63,876 bases of DNA, filler included, from Licmophora abbreviata (GCA_900291995.1; 13 parts of 13 records of this genome joined end to end with filler, not necessarily neighbours in it), one strand, 5' to 3'. Positions 34,355-46,760 are shown, numbered from the whole stretch's first letter. Translations and numbers: made by a program. The notes: generated by a model from the letters alone, not told the origin.

Positions 34355-35020
34355 AAAGGGAACGGTCCACGACCAGACTGAGGTAGACATTTCCGGGCGT
34401 GGGACAGACACCGTTGCGGATCGGTCGGTCGGTCATGATGGCAACTCAAAGCTTGGGACTGTTTGTAGTAGAGCTCTTCATATTAAGCTTTTCATTACCC
34501 AGCAACTTCAAACTGCTGACCTTGAGACAATCGTTGTATTTTCAATTTAGAGTGTCTTGCCGCCCTAGTCTACTGGGATCATTTACCTACACTTGCCATC
34601 CCTACACAGCCCCATTACCGCCTTCGTCGAGGAATCCGGAATTTTGACGAATTTCCAAACAGCTGGGTAATGAGTACAACTTAAAGCTGTGGAGATACTA
34701 CTAAGGNNNNNNNNNNNNNNNNNNNNNNNNNNNNNNNNNNNNNNNNNNNNTTAATTAATTAANNNNNNNNNNNNNNNNNNNNNNNNNNNNNNNNNNNNNN
34801 NNNNNNGTACATGTACTCGTAATGAGCACCATTGCAGGAACTGCTTCCTCTGATCGGCATCACTGACCACTGAACTGGGTGCCACTTTTACCCGGGTAGT
34901 GAGATGCGATTACAGTCCCAACGCGGCCGTCACTGCGCCTGAGTCTACTGTTCGGCCTCTACTGCCTCCTTTCCGTATCCTCAATCCCCAATTTCTGATA
35001 AGAAGGAGTTTACTTCACTC

Positions 35021-37162
35021 ATGCCAATCGACGAATTTGGACGCGAGATTCCTGGAGCTGTGGCAGCGTACGACAGACCATCTCCGTCGCCGCCCCATTC
35101 GCCACGTGCGTCGCATCGCCGGGGACGAGACGAACGTCTTCATCACGATGACTATCACCATCGCCGTCGCTCTCGCAGTCGTCGTAGTCGCACTCCCTCG
35201 CCACCACAGCATCGCCATGGGAAAAGCACGCGGCATCATCCCAGCGTGGCGTACAGCCGAGACCCTATGCTTTGCCAGTACTTGTGGAAGCGGCAAAACC
35301 CGCCCCCGGAGGAAAGCAAAGAGGAAGAGCCAGCAGAAACGTACGAGGACTATCGTCGAAGCTTCTGCTTGAACTATGTTCGAGCGTTTTTCAACCAGCA
35401 CTTGGATGATTCGTGGTTTCGACAGACATACTCGCCTTTGGAGCGCAAACGCCGCCTGGTGGGTGAGCGAGCACTTGCATCGCAGGAGGCCATGGCGATC
35501 CTCGAATCTTTGAAAGAGTCTCCTGACGAGTTTGTTGTCCGAGTACGTCTTGGAGGTGGTATCAAGGTGGCCGGACTCGAAAGCAGTACATCGAGGAAGC
35601 GACACCGCGACGAGGACGACACGACGAATGCAATCCCGACCAGTCATGTCTCTTCGTTTCTGGACCGCACTGTGTCGATACTTGAAGTCCCTCCTCAGAT
35701 TTCTGACGATCAACTTCGACGAGCTCTGATGGACATTGCTTCTTTACCCGGTATGACCCTTCATTCATCCACGGCTGATGCAAATCGCAGCCGCAAACCT
35801 CTCTATCGATCTGTCTACGTTGTACTGGAGTCTGCAGAACAACGAGAAGAACTCCTATCTCAACTACATCATGCTCACGAACAAGAGCACCATGCGACAT
35901 CTACTGAAGGGCATGTTCCTCGTCGTAAGGAGGAGCTTCCACCGGAGATTGACCTGCAAGTTGATTGCTCGGATCCTTATAATAGGCTTCACGTTGATGG
36001 AGATGGCAAAGGGGGAAAACCTGACGCAGGCGTGTTACCACCACCCTCGGTTCGTGTCCCAGTCATTGTTTCGACACGTCCATTGGGACACCCTCGAGTT
36101 GTTGTGTTGAGTGCCGCGCTGTCAAGCACGGAACGCATCACGCGCGACAAGGAAGCAGCGTTGATGCTGGCGAGAGCCCTCGACGTGTCTCGCAGTATTC
36201 CTAACGAGTGTCGTCTAGACACAGTGCTGGAGCATTCTGCACCAGAAAGTGATTCCGATTGGTTGGACTTAGCTATTGCGTATCTTCGACGAGTTCACTT
36301 CTTTTCCTTTTACAATGGATGCACAGTTGCCAAGAGCCTGGGAGATATGTTGAGCGGACAGCATGGCTCTGCGACGGTCCACTTGCGCCTCAAAAATGCG
36401 GACGAGCTCTTGCGCGGAGAAGGAGAAGGCGACCCTGATGCTGGACCAGACTTGTTGGTGCAGCGCCTAGATGACAACATTGCCAAGGCACTGGAGGAAA
36501 GCAATGAATGGGTGGCCAAGGCTGGGCATGTTGTCGATGAGACGCGAGATTTGCAGGCAGTCGAAGTTGAAGAGCTAGAGGAGAAGGCAAAGAAAGATTG
36601 GGTCGAAAATCATTCCATTGAAGATGGCGACGGGCGAGCTCGCTGCAGCTTTCACTTTTGCAATAAACTCTTCAAGGATGGTCGTTTTCTGAAGAAGCAT
36701 CTACTGAAAAAGCACGGAGAGTTTCTTGCTGCTGAAATGGGGAAATGCCATGATGCGTTCATGATGGAGGCTTGGGACCAGGAGTCACAGCGACCGGTAC
36801 CACCCATTCTGGTGGATTGTGGCACAAGCTTTGGAATGGTCCCTTCTGTGGTAGTGGGAACGGAGCCAATTGCATCTGATCCGGAGCCTGATCTTTGGGG
36901 TCGGGAAGAGGAGCGACGAGCCGCAGCCGCTGCACAGAGGGAAGAATCGAACTTTCAACGTTACGATCAGAGAGGAAGAGACAGAGCCGGCGACGACATT
37001 CCACCGCGCGATGGCCCGGCAGAGGAACCTGCTGCTCGTGGCGGAAGAGGGTTTGTGGATGTGGATGATATGAAGGAGGACAAAATCGAGCTTTCGTTTG
37101 AGAACATCGAGGTCGTGGCCCCACCGCCAAAGAAGAAACGAAAGAAAAAGAAGCTATTGTAA
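35021..37162 (+). CDS. SRRT: SERRATE/ARS2 RNA effector protein
   Basis: RS-rich N-terminus, FFNQHLDDSWF, LDLAIAYLRRVHFFSFY and the C2H2 zinc finger CSFHFCNKLFK...KHLLKKH. Confidence 0.9.
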   Translation: MPIDEFGREIPGAVAAYDRPSPSPPHSPRASHRRGRDERLHHDDYHHRRRSRSRRSRTPSPPQHRHGKSTRHHPSVAYSRDPMLCQYLWKRQNPPPEESKEEEPAETYEDYRRSFCLNYVRAFFNQHLDDSWFRQTYSPLERKRRLVGERALASQEAMAILESLKESPDEFVVRVRLGGGIKVAGLESSTSRKRHRDEDDTTNAIPTSHVSSFLDRTVSILEVPPQISDDQLRRALMDIASLPGMTLHSSTADANRSRKPLYRSVYVVLESAEQREELLSQLHHAHEQEHHATSTEGHVPRRKEELPPEIDLQVDCSDPYNRLHVDGDGKGGKPDAGVLPPPSVRVPVIVSTRPLGHPRVVVLSAALSSTERITRDKEAALMLARALDVSRSIPNECRLDTVLEHSAPESDSDWLDLAIAYLRRVHFFSFYNGCTVAKSLGDMLSGQHGSATVHLRLKNADELLRGEGEGDPDAGPDLLVQRLDDNIAKALEESNEWVAKAGHVVDETRDLQAVEVEELEEKAKKDWVENHSIEDGDGRARCSFHFCNKLFKDGRFLKKHLLKKHGEFLAAEMGKCHDAFMMEAWDQESQRPVPPILVDCGTSFGMVPSVVVGTEPIASDPEPDLWGREEERRAAAAAQREESNFQRYDQRGRDRAGDDIPPRDGPAEEPAARGGRGFVDVDDMKEDKIELSFENIEVVAPPPKKKRKKKKLL

Positions 37163-37233
37163 TCGATGTATTCCCTGGATGTAGATTGTGCAGACAGACC
37201 ACGATACATTAAATTCGTTGGTGGGGTTGGTCT

Positions 37234-37752
37234 TCATACCATATCTTCCCCGTAAATTATGGACCGACACCATCTCGTCACGGCATCACGAGCAAAAGGG
37301 ATGTAGCTCAGGCAGTACCAGGTAACAGAAACATACTGTATGAGCATGAGAATGAGCAGCAGGAACTTCTTCCCGGGTACTCCTGGGATGAAGGCCACAA
37401 GGAGCGTGAGGACAAGTGACGCTAGGTAGGCCACAGTGGCAAGACGTCTCGTCTCATGCCACATCTTGGTGATCTGGCGTTTTGGTCCGCTAAGAAAACA
37501 GGATCCACAGAGAGCAATTATATTTCCAATAGTGGCATGGACGACGAAGGGCATGGGGTTTCCCAAAATGAGATCCTTGATGCGAAAGAAGCTTCCGAAA
37601 CTCAAGATGTAACCGAAAATGACACAGCTTGCGCAGCCGATGACTCTCTCCCGCCAGGACAGGCTGGGGATGCAGGATTCTTCTTGCTCGTCGTCTTGCG
37701 ACTGAGACATTCCCCTGGGGAGCAGCGAATTCAAATCCATGCTTTCAAACAT
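37234..37752 (-). CDS. SFT2: Vesicle transport protein SFT2 (Got1/Sft2 family)
   Basis: LSWRERVIG, CFLSGPKRQ and WYCLSYIPFAR; four TM helices. Confidence 0.9.
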   Translation of the reverse strand: MFESMDLNSLLPRGMSQSQDDEQEESCIPSLSWRERVIGCASCVIFGYILSFGSFFRIKDLILGNPMPFVVHATIGNIIALCGSCFLSGPKRQITKMWHETRRLATVAYLASLVLTLLVAFIPGVPGKKFLLLILMLIQYVSVTWYCLSYIPFARDAVTRWCRSIIYGEDMV

Positions 37753-38747
37753 TGTTGTGGGGTCGTTGATCTCTGCGATTCATACATACGGCCTCGCGGG
37801 GAAACTAATGATGTACCTGATGGAGTGAGAAGAATCATGAACGATGCTTGTCGCTGCTGTGATGCTGACCTCGAGCTCGAGCTCCTTCGAAATGTTCAAT
37901 TTGTCATACTACGAATCCGCTNNNNNNNNNNNNNNNNNNNNNNNNNNNNNNNNNNNNNNNNNNNNTTAATTAATTAANNNNNNNNNNNNNNNNNNNNNNN
38001 NNNNNNNNNNNNNNNNNNNNNATGGAGCTATACGAGCTCTTCACATCAGGCCTAGGATGCACGGGGAAGTGCTGCTATCTGAGCTTCGTGATCAGCTCAT
38101 GCCTAGGCGCTCTGAGCCTCTCGACGATCAGTTCTCGCAGACTGGATGGGCTACATGGGCTACGACGACGCTCGGAACAAAATGGGTTACAGGAAAGGCA
38201 GAGATATCCTTTCCAGACTTTGTTCGGTTTTCAGTTGGCAGACTCGAGCTAAGTGAATGAACATCTGACACCATTGCTGCTAGCTCGGGGTCAGTGGCAT
38301 AATGACTATCTCCTAGGATAGACCTATGAATTCTTTTCCCCTCCGGCCGAGGTTAGAGGGGACTGCACCGAACAGATCGGCATAGCGAAAAATAAAAAAG
38401 ATGCATCGTCTGTGCCTCGTCCGTTCGATTACGCACGACGGATGTACCGGTGCGCGACGCCACGCGTTGTTTTTCAGCGTGTCCCCCGACATCTTGGTTC
38501 TTTTTCTGATGGCGTGATCACAGCATGACACAATTTTCTTGACCAACACGGTCTACACGTTGGACGGCATTCTGGCTTTCCTTGATTGAGAGGCTGTTTG
38601 TGTTGCTTCTTCACCTTGCGCTTGAGATCCTGAAGTCCCGTCAGAAGTCATTGATTCATCGCGATAAGAAGAAAATTCGGATCGGATTCATTCCCATGCC
38701 CGCTCTCTCACGACGACAGAATCAATCCATCAGCGAGAATAGACATC

Positions 38748-40371
38748 ATGCCGCGCCCACGACGTCGCCCTGCAATAATGAGAAACGTGCTTTTGTTCGT
38801 ATCTGCAGTCGAGGTTTCAGCTCTCACCGTACGGACGGGTCAGAATCCGGCAACTAGCTTCTTTCGTAGGCACAACGGCCGGCATCGTCGGAGATTCGAA
38901 CTCTTCGCGAGCGACCAGAACGACGATAAGTCACCTTCTGCATGGGACGCAGCGACGCATCCTGCCGCCATGAATACGGCTCTGTGTGTCGTTCCGCCTG
39001 AGGATGCCTGGGATAACATTCAGAGAGCGCGACACGTCGCTCGCGACGCCACCTACCAACTCTGGCCCCCTGCAATTAGACTCTTTCATCCCTTCTGTCC
39101 GCCTTCACTGCTGTCCGACATGGCACTGGACATTGCCGAATTGGTGGAAAAACATAAAATTGAGCCGTTCTCTGTAGTATTGGATACGTGGACCATTGTT
39201 CCTCACATGGAACAGATTGAGGCAGATCTGGAAGCCATGAGAGAGCTGCCATCTTCATACGAAGAAGAGAAAACTCAAACGAACAAGACTGCCGAGCCCA
39301 GCGAGATAGATCGGCTAATTGAGAAGGAAGAACTCATTGGAAAGCAGCGACTCAAGATGCGAGCCACGAGGAAAAAAGATAAGGAGAGGAGCAGTACCAG
39401 TCAGCCTCTACCAGTAGCGGCAGAAGATGGTAAGGGAGTTGTCAGAGAAACGCGCATCTCCACGTGACCTGCTTGAAAAGCAGAAGCGCATGTACGAAAC
39501 TTTCAATGGACCTTGCGTTGTCTGTCTAGAGCCCAACGAAGAGAGCAAGCACCGCTTGATTGAGCTGCGGGATCTAATGAGACTTGAGCTGCTAGAATCG
39601 TACGACGGCTTTAGTCCGTCATCGTCAGTTTCGTCATCAGACACGTTGCCTCGTGCCGTGAGAGAGCTCGAAGAAATGGAGTTTCGTCCGCTTGTATCCG
39701 TGGGGAGCTTCCCCACTGTGACAAGTGCCATCGAAACAGCAAGAAAGTTGAAGGGACTCTGGCATCCTCTCACTTTCAACGTCACAGAATTCCATTTGAT
39801 ATCACATGAAGGCGACAGGAAACGTGACAGAAGTTCGGATGAGTTTTCAGACAATCGGGAGTACATGCTGACAAAGACGAGCTGGCTCAACGATCAGGCA
39901 AAGGAGAAGAGTCTCACTGCTCAGGGCCAATATGGCTGCGATGCACTGGTAATGCTGATGGGCGAGGAGCTCGTTATCGACGACGAGGACAGTCAAGATA
40001 TGGTAGATCTTATCATGCAACAAGGTCGTCCCGGTGGATTCGACTGTGCACAGGATGAGGAAATGAGCCTCAGCTTGAACAAAGCGAGCGAGGATCTTGA
40101 AGAAGGCATGGGGAATCTGGAGGAGTGGCTAGACGCAGATGACGAGCATGACGAGGGGAGCGTTGTTGTCATCGGTCGAACGCACTTGTTTTCTGGTGAG
40201 CAAAGGGAATATGTCGGCATGCCTGCGTCGAGTATGGTGGACGCCAAGGACCGAAACAATGTGGCTGCCAGCGTCAGTGGGACGGCTCGTCGTCGAGCAG
40301 CTGCTCATCGTCAGGCGGGTGTAGGGACACCTGGAGAGTTTGGGCGCAAGAAATCTGACTACATCGCCTAG
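38748..40371 (+). CDS. 2H phosphoesterase/2'-5' RNA ligase-like (LENG9-like) protein with degenerate catalytic motifs; frameshift (or intron) near 39430
   Basis: TALCVVPP...IQRAR...WPPAIRLFHPF and FRPLVSVGSF align with the two HxT/S motifs. N-terminal signal-like sequence. ORFs 38748..39467 and 39427..40371 overlap. Confidence 0.65.
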
Positions 40372-40538
40372 TCTCTTCTTCAAATCTCATGTACTAGTTA
40401 GTCAAGTTTTTTTAGTTTTCTACTTTCGTTTGTCACTCTTTACACTATCAAATAGGACATGGCCATCACTAGAAAGTTCGAAGGGCCCGTCAACAGGTAC
40501 CTTCAACCTGGTGCTGCGCATCCGTCAGCGTTTTTTTT

Positions 40539-42236
40539 CTATCCCAACAGCGGAGATTGTTCCGACTGTTCCCTCGCTCGTTTCACAATATCAAGTATCT
40601 TTGGTTCGTCCTCTATAGCCCGTAGCTCCTCGGCTTCCCGATTAAGCTGGCCTTTCTTAACAAAAACTTTCCATTTCTTGAAAGCCCATTCGGCTAGCCG
40701 ATTCTCGCCTCTTTCCAGTTTGTCCGATTCATCGAGAATTTGTTCTTGAAGAAGTTGTTCGAGAGCGTCTTCCAATGTTACGATTCCCATCAATCCAGCC
40801 GATTCAGGCAGTGCCTCCTCGCGATCCAGCGCCGCCGTGGCCAGGTCGGGCCGTGCGCACACAAGTGCCAAGTGGCCGCCCTTTACTCCCATACCGCCAT
40901 TCTGAAACATGTTGATCGCATCGACCAGATTCATTTTGGGAGATACACAAAATGGTACATTTAGAGGCAACGTTGAGACCGGTCGTTGATCCCTGGTGTT
41001 CACAACGATGAGCTGTTTGGTGATGAGAATTCCCTTTATCGCAGTCTGATCTTTGGGTTTTCCTGGATTCGGCACATAAACGGGGACTCGACTGTAGCCG
41101 CTGCTATAAATTTCAACAGTATTTCGCTCGTTGAGTATGCTATCGTCAGGGATGGCAAAGACTCGACGCCATGGGGTGTAAACGTCAATCACGACCTTGG
41201 TTTTCATCTTCAATGCTCCTTCGACCATCATGACCTCATCAAAGTGGATCGAGGGAGTCCGTACCAGGTGCGCTCCGCGGGCCGGGCTCTCCGTTTGGGG
41301 AAGACCAAGTTCTGTGCTATCCGATGGACTCACTTGCTGACCAGTTCGTTCCGTTGCCCGAAACAGTTGCTTGGTCGCTTGCATAGAAGCCTGATGCTGG
41401 CTATGCGAGAGTGCCGTGTTTGGATTTCGTTCTAGCTTGCGACGCCGTTTGGCTGCGAGGCGCTCTTCGTACTGGATGCGAATCAAAGCGGACAGCTCTC
41501 CCCGGTTGTAGACTCCTCCCGTGTCGTCATCGTCGTCGTGCAGAACAACGTCAAGGACTTTCGCAATAGGATAAGCCAAGGGGTAGAGAAGCATCATAAC
41601 GAGGTTAACCAAGGGTACCAGACGACTTGCAATCGCAATCTGATTGGGTCCAGTAAAGACAGCCGAAGGAATGATCTCGCCAAAAAAGAGGACAAGGGTG
41701 ACACTGAGAATGACAGCTACAACGGATGGCACCAGAGCATCAAGGAACAAAGGTAAGGCCTCGTTGGCCATAGAGTTCAAGAGGAGGAGAGTCACTAGGA
41801 GACGGTGATGTTGTTTCACGATGGGAAGTAATCGAGCAGCTTGTTGTCTCTCCCGCTCATTAGCTCCTGCTCGCATCTTGATAAGCAAGACGAGCGGATC
41901 GATGGACATGAGGCCCATAGTGAGGCCAGCGGCAAGAGCAGCAACGCAGACGCAAACGAAGGCCAGGATACCATTCTGAATATAGAACCAGTCTTCCTGT
42001 CCTTCAATAGACAGTTCTCGATGCAGAACCGGATCTGATGACACGTCTTGACACTGAGGAAAGAAGGGTGCAAACATATCGGATGATGGATGGCAGAGCC
42101 CCTCGATGCCGAGCGACGAGAGGATCTCCGACGCCTCTGACAGTCGAAAGTCGTCCTCCATGGAAGATCCTACAGCTCGTTTTGCCGTCAAGAACAAGAT
42201 GAATGCAGAGACGATATTTCGCTCCGATGTTATCAT
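40539..42236 (-). CDS. CNNM/DUF21-CBS domain metal (Mg2+) transporter, MAM3-like
   Basis: AGLTMGLMSID, HHRLLVTLLLLN, FGEIIP, GYSRVPVY and GIVTLEDALEQLLQEQILDESD. Confidence 0.92.
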   Translation of the reverse strand: MITSERNIVSAFILFLTAKRAVGSSMEDDFRLSEASEILSSLGIEGLCHPSSDMFAPFFPQCQDVSSDPVLHRELSIEGQEDWFYIQNGILAFVCVCVAALAAGLTMGLMSIDPLVLLIKMRAGANERERQQAARLLPIVKQHHRLLVTLLLLNSMANEALPLFLDALVPSVVAVILSVTLVLFFGEIIPSAVFTGPNQIAIASRLVPLVNLVMMLLYPLAYPIAKVLDVVLHDDDDDTGGVYNRGELSALIRIQYEERLAAKRRRKLERNPNTALSHSQHQASMQATKQLFRATERTGQQVSPSDSTELGLPQTESPARGAHLVRTPSIHFDEVMMVEGALKMKTKVVIDVYTPWRRVFAIPDDSILNERNTVEIYSSGYSRVPVYVPNPGKPKDQTAIKGILITKQLIVVNTRDQRPVSTLPLNVPFCVSPKMNLVDAINMFQNGGMGVKGGHLALVCARPDLATAALDREEALPESAGLMGIVTLEDALEQLLQEQILDESDKLERGENRLAEWAFKKWKVFVKKGQLNREAEELRAIEDEPKILDIVKRAREQSEQSPLLG

Positions 42237-42538
42237 GTACGAGTAGTGAAGATTGAGTGATGGGTAGACCTATGAATGAATGGGTCGCTTGGCGCATGCA
42301 TCTCTGGAGTGAGTGTTCGCGAGTGTTCTGTGATTTGGAGCTCGCAGCTCGTGAGGTCGGATACTTTTCGCGTAGAAGTGTACCGACGGTGGCCGTGGAA
42401 AATACACGGTTACGGGAAGCTCTGAATCAAATCCATCACACTTCATGCCACGGAGTTTTCAGTTTGCCCGTGTCAATGCGATCCGCCTTCGCATCCGGTC
42501 GATGCGTCGCAGTGGCATTGAATTACAGTCTTGAAACG

Positions 42539-43238
42539 ATGTTCTCTCGAAACGCCAGATATCTCTTGCGAAGACCCGTTGCAGTCCGGAGCCGAGCGTT
42601 TACGACGCTCCCAAAAACGCTGAACGCAGCCGCACCAGCTCGCCACGAGCATGCAGCTCCGGAACAGCACCAAAGCGACCTCGTCCGCGATGCCATCAAG
42701 GCTCTTCTCGAGAAGAAACAAGAAGATGCCGAACACCAGGAGCAAGATGCTGCCTCCTCGATCAACGACGAAGACTTGAAACAGAGAGTCGAAGCCTTTC
42801 AGGTGAGACGTGCTTGATGGGTACCTATGCCAGGTACCTGGTACAGCTCCGTTAGTACTGAAATCTGCGTACAATCTACCTCGGTTGTTCTACGCCACTG
42901 TTATCATTCTGAAAACGCTCCCAAGTTCGTCTCCTTTTTGCTAACCACTTTGTGTCGTTCTCGTTCCATTGTCGATTCCTTGTTTTCAGTCCCTTTTCGA
43001 TGAAGCTAGATTGTGCGTTGCCGATTGCCACGAAGCAACACTGGATGCCTCGACCTTGGACGATGCTGGCGATGCCGTCAATGCAGTCTTCACGGCATTC
43101 GTCGAGTTGTTAGAAGATCTCAGGAGGGCCAATGAACTGCAGGCCCTCCAGTACTCTCATCTCCGAGAGGAAGCGGCCGGAAACCTTAAGAAATTGCGCC
43201 ATGACTTCGACGCCATATCGGAACGTGGGTCGTGCTGA
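42539..43238 (+). CDS. Mitochondrion-targeted helical hypothetical protein; exons 42539-42802 and 42990-43238
   Basis: Arg-rich presequence. GTGAGA..TTCAG intron 42803-42989 joins RVEAFQ|SLFDEARLC in frame. Confidence 0.7.
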
Positions 43239-43494
43239 CTTGCCACCATGTGAAAGTCAACGGAAATTTTCTTCTCGTCGGTGCGAGACCTTTGTGCTAC
43301 TCGCCTTTGTTGATCAGTCTATATATGTACTTAACTAGTCGGAGGCAAAACAATGTTCTCATGATGCAATAACAGGGCTAAAATAGCATTTTACGAATGT
43401 ACACGGCATGAGCACAAGTCTACCCAAAAGTCATTTCACTTCTAAAGCAACGCACAACCCAGGCAGTAATTCAAGTCAAGGTATCCTAACCAGA

Positions 43495-46400
43495 CTACGG
43501 AGCCCCAGGCACGCTTGGTGGCATACTCGCGTGGCCATACAACCCTCCTTTCGAGAAAGGGTCTTGAACTTTGCGGAACTGACCCGGTACCGTTGCTTTT
43601 CGGATCGGGCCGCCTTGCGTCAAGTCAACCGAGAAGTCGAGATCCTCGATCTGACCTTCGCTCTCAGCCATGCGCTGATCAGGTGAAGCAGCGGTTGCTT
43701 CCAGCTTCGTTTCCGGGAGTGCATCTGAAAAATCTTCCTTCATGCTCGCCAGCAATCCTGTCATGTCAGAGGTTGTTTTTCTTCGTGTACGCCTTCCCCG
43801 ACCACCACGCTTGTTGGCCTTTTCCACAAGCGCCTCCTGCTTCTTCTCGTTCTGATACAACCATTTCTTCACAGCCTCAGATGTGACCTTCTCTCTCAGA
43901 CCATGACGCATTACAAGCCCAGCCCCAACGGGGGCCACTGCTTCTTCACCTTCTCCCTCTCCTTGTTTCGTTAGAATCTCCTTCGCTCTCCTCGTCTGCT
44001 CTTCTTCAAATCGTTTGCTTGCCTCAAGGACAGAAAGGCGCATCTGTCGATGCGCCCGGTACAAGGTCCTATTCACAACGAGATTTGTTTGGGACTCGTC
44101 CTTGATGATCTCGTCGATCTCTTTCTTGCTTTGTTCGTGCTCGGGGAGCAGTAGTGCGCGGCGCGTATCCGTTTCGAACTTTGGCGTGACTTCCTCCTCT
44201 TCCATCTGGTCGCGTTTCCTCTCTTCCTCATCCCTGTCATCAACGGATCGCGAACGCCTGCGAATGTACGGTGTTGCATCCATCTCGGGTAGCTTGATGG
44301 CTTCACCAATCATAACGGCAGTGGGTCTGTTCGTAGCACCACGTGGAGTGACATAGTCAGCGGGGCCTCTTGTTGGAGTCTGGGGAGGTGTCAGGTTGGG
44401 GCGGAAAGGACTCTGGCTGGTAGACGGGCTGGCAGCGATTATATCCTCGTCCCCATCCATGGAAAGAGGCGAGTCCATGTCCTCTGCCTCCATCTGAGAT
44501 GATATTCGGTCGTACTGGGGAGTAGTTGGAGGTGTCGCCAGTTTACTCGGCGCGGAAGTGACTCTTGCCTCGACAATGGAACCATCTGCTTTGCTCACAA
44601 TATCACCACTGGGAAGTACAATTGTGTCAGTCTCCCGTGGTTCGTCCTCATCGGTAGTTATACCCTCGTCAGAACGAATCTCGTGCACGATTGGCAGCAA
44701 ACCTTTCTGCGAGGCACCTATTCCCGCTCCTGTCAAAGAAGGGGCTGCTTGAAGGTGCTCAGGCTCCGTGCCTTCCTTCGTCTGTCCTTTCATCAGCAGC
44801 AAGAAATTCTCATACGTGATTCTTGCATGGCTGCAGTTACAAGCATCCATACTGTCGCCCCACATACGTCGCATCGCGTCTTCGCTTTGGGATGCATCGT
44901 TCCCCATCAAGTCCATGACGTTCTCGAAGGTGATGTACCCCTTATGATCACTATCCAGACGATCGAATGCAAGACGAAGGTTTCGCTCGTCCACCTGGCA
45001 TTGCGATAAACCCGCAGCGATGAACTCGTGCCAGTGGATACGAGTCTCCGACTTTCTCACCCGCATGGCATTGAAGATATCTTCTACCTCTTCTTCGGTG
45101 AGGGCTCCAAGAGAGCCTGCGCCAGCGTTTGAAATGAGGACCTCCTTCAGAGCCGCAAGGGAAATCTCACCAGACCCATCTGTGTCCATCTTTTCAAATT
45201 CCCGCCTGAGGTCTCTGATCTGATCAGGAAGAAGTGTGAAACTGAGCACCTCGCACAAAAGCTTTCGCATGTCCGAAAACTCTTTGAAGGTCACCAATGC
45301 CTTCACCACGTTCGGGTTCAGCCTTCTGTCGTCTTCGCTCATGCCTTTGTCCGCCCATTCCTTGAGCCATTGGTCCTTCTGGGCGTTCTGCGCTGTCAGA
45401 CGCTTCTGTGGATCAACTACCAGCAGTGTTTTGATAAACGCCTTGGCTTGATTGCTGACGATCGACCAAATCTCCTCCGGTTCGAAGGAGAATGCGCCCT
45501 GGAGAATGTTTTTCCTTACAGTCATGAGTGGTTCGGGCCCTCCGCATCCCCCAAACGGTGGATCGCCGCTCAAAAGAAGGAAAGAAATCACCCCAATAGC
45601 CCAAATATCGCATCTCTCGTCGTATGACCCGCGAATAACTTCCGGGGCAACCGTGTACGGCGTGCCCACGGCTTCGTGTTGAACCTCTCCGAACTTAAAC
45701 TGTGCACATCCGCCGCACAAGAGACAGACACGAGTCAGAAGCGTCGTTTGCGAACAAATTAGGACTCCAGAAGAATCACTGGATCCAAACTCACATGCTT
45801 ACTCAACCCGAAGTCGATCATCTTGAGCTCTGAGTCCACCAAGGTCGAAGAGAACAAAAAGTTCTCGAGCTTCAGATCTCGATGAATAATTCCTTTGAGG
45901 TGAAGGTATCGCACAGCATTTAGCATCTGCTTGACCAGTCTCGCGCATTCTCCTTCAGTGTAGTGGTAGTCAGGCTAATGACAGTGAAAAGATAAAGTAA
46001 GTTATATTGGTTGAGAGGTCGATGACTCCCATAGTACTAGAAGTACTTTGCGTTGAAAGTGTGTACTCACCTGTTCGTCTAGACGATCGAAGAGCTCGCC
46101 ACCAAGGCACAACTCCTGAACGAGATAGATCTCTGAATGGCTTTCGTACACTTCTTCGAGTCGAACAATATTGGGGTGATCCAGCTGACACATGATGAAG
46201 ATCTCTTCACGAAGCTGCTGCAAGCCTTCCGCTGAGTCTACCAATCCTAGATCAAGGCACTTGACCGCGTACTTGACGCCAGTTGCCTTGTGAGTGACGA
46301 GCCGAACAAGCCCCGAGATACCAGATCCAAGAACTGGTCCATTGTGAACACCGTCATAGACTTCCTCGATCGGTTTTCCAAAGGGAACCTCTATGTGAAC

Positions 46401-46760
46401 GACGTTGCTCTTGAGGTCGCCTTCCTCTTTTCGGGCCTCAATCATGGTGTCGAGACCGATAACACTACTGGAGTGACCAAGAGTCTTTGGATTCCCCGAA
46501 TACGATCTTTCCCGGCCATTCTCGGACCCGTCAAGAGATCTGTCCCCGCGCGAAGAACCCCCTGACGAGTAACCCTGCGTGTAGCTCTGACGGCTGTGGT
46601 TGCTCCCGAACGAAGCAACGCTGTCGGCATCGTCAGACGGCACTTCTTTGGTGTTCGTCGTCTGTGACTGAGCATTATATTCGGATCCGGCTTGGCTGTC
46701 TTTTCCCTTCGAGCCCGGACCTTTGCGGCGAGAGAACAAGCGGAAGCGTCGTTTAGTCAT
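43495..46760 (-). CDS. Calcium-dependent protein kinase (CDPK-like) with degenerate EF hands and long C-tail; exons 46760-46071, 45974-45795, 45699-43495
   Basis: LGSGISG, YAVK, HPNIV, GGELFD, HRDLKLENF, IDFGLSK, GTPYTVAPE; EF-hand-like DTDGSGEI and DSDHKGYI. Two GT-AG introns keep the frame. Confidence 0.92.

Noticed and set aside
38022..38340. AGCT/CCTAGG-rich intergenic segment as a possible MITE
   Set aside because: No terminal inverted repeats, TSD or second copy visible in the window.
1241..39467. Programmed ribosomal frameshifting as a shared mechanism for three split genes
   Set aside because: All three sites are single-base indels in or next to short homopolymers in a fragmented assembly, with no common slippery motif. 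Sequencing error is more parsimonious.
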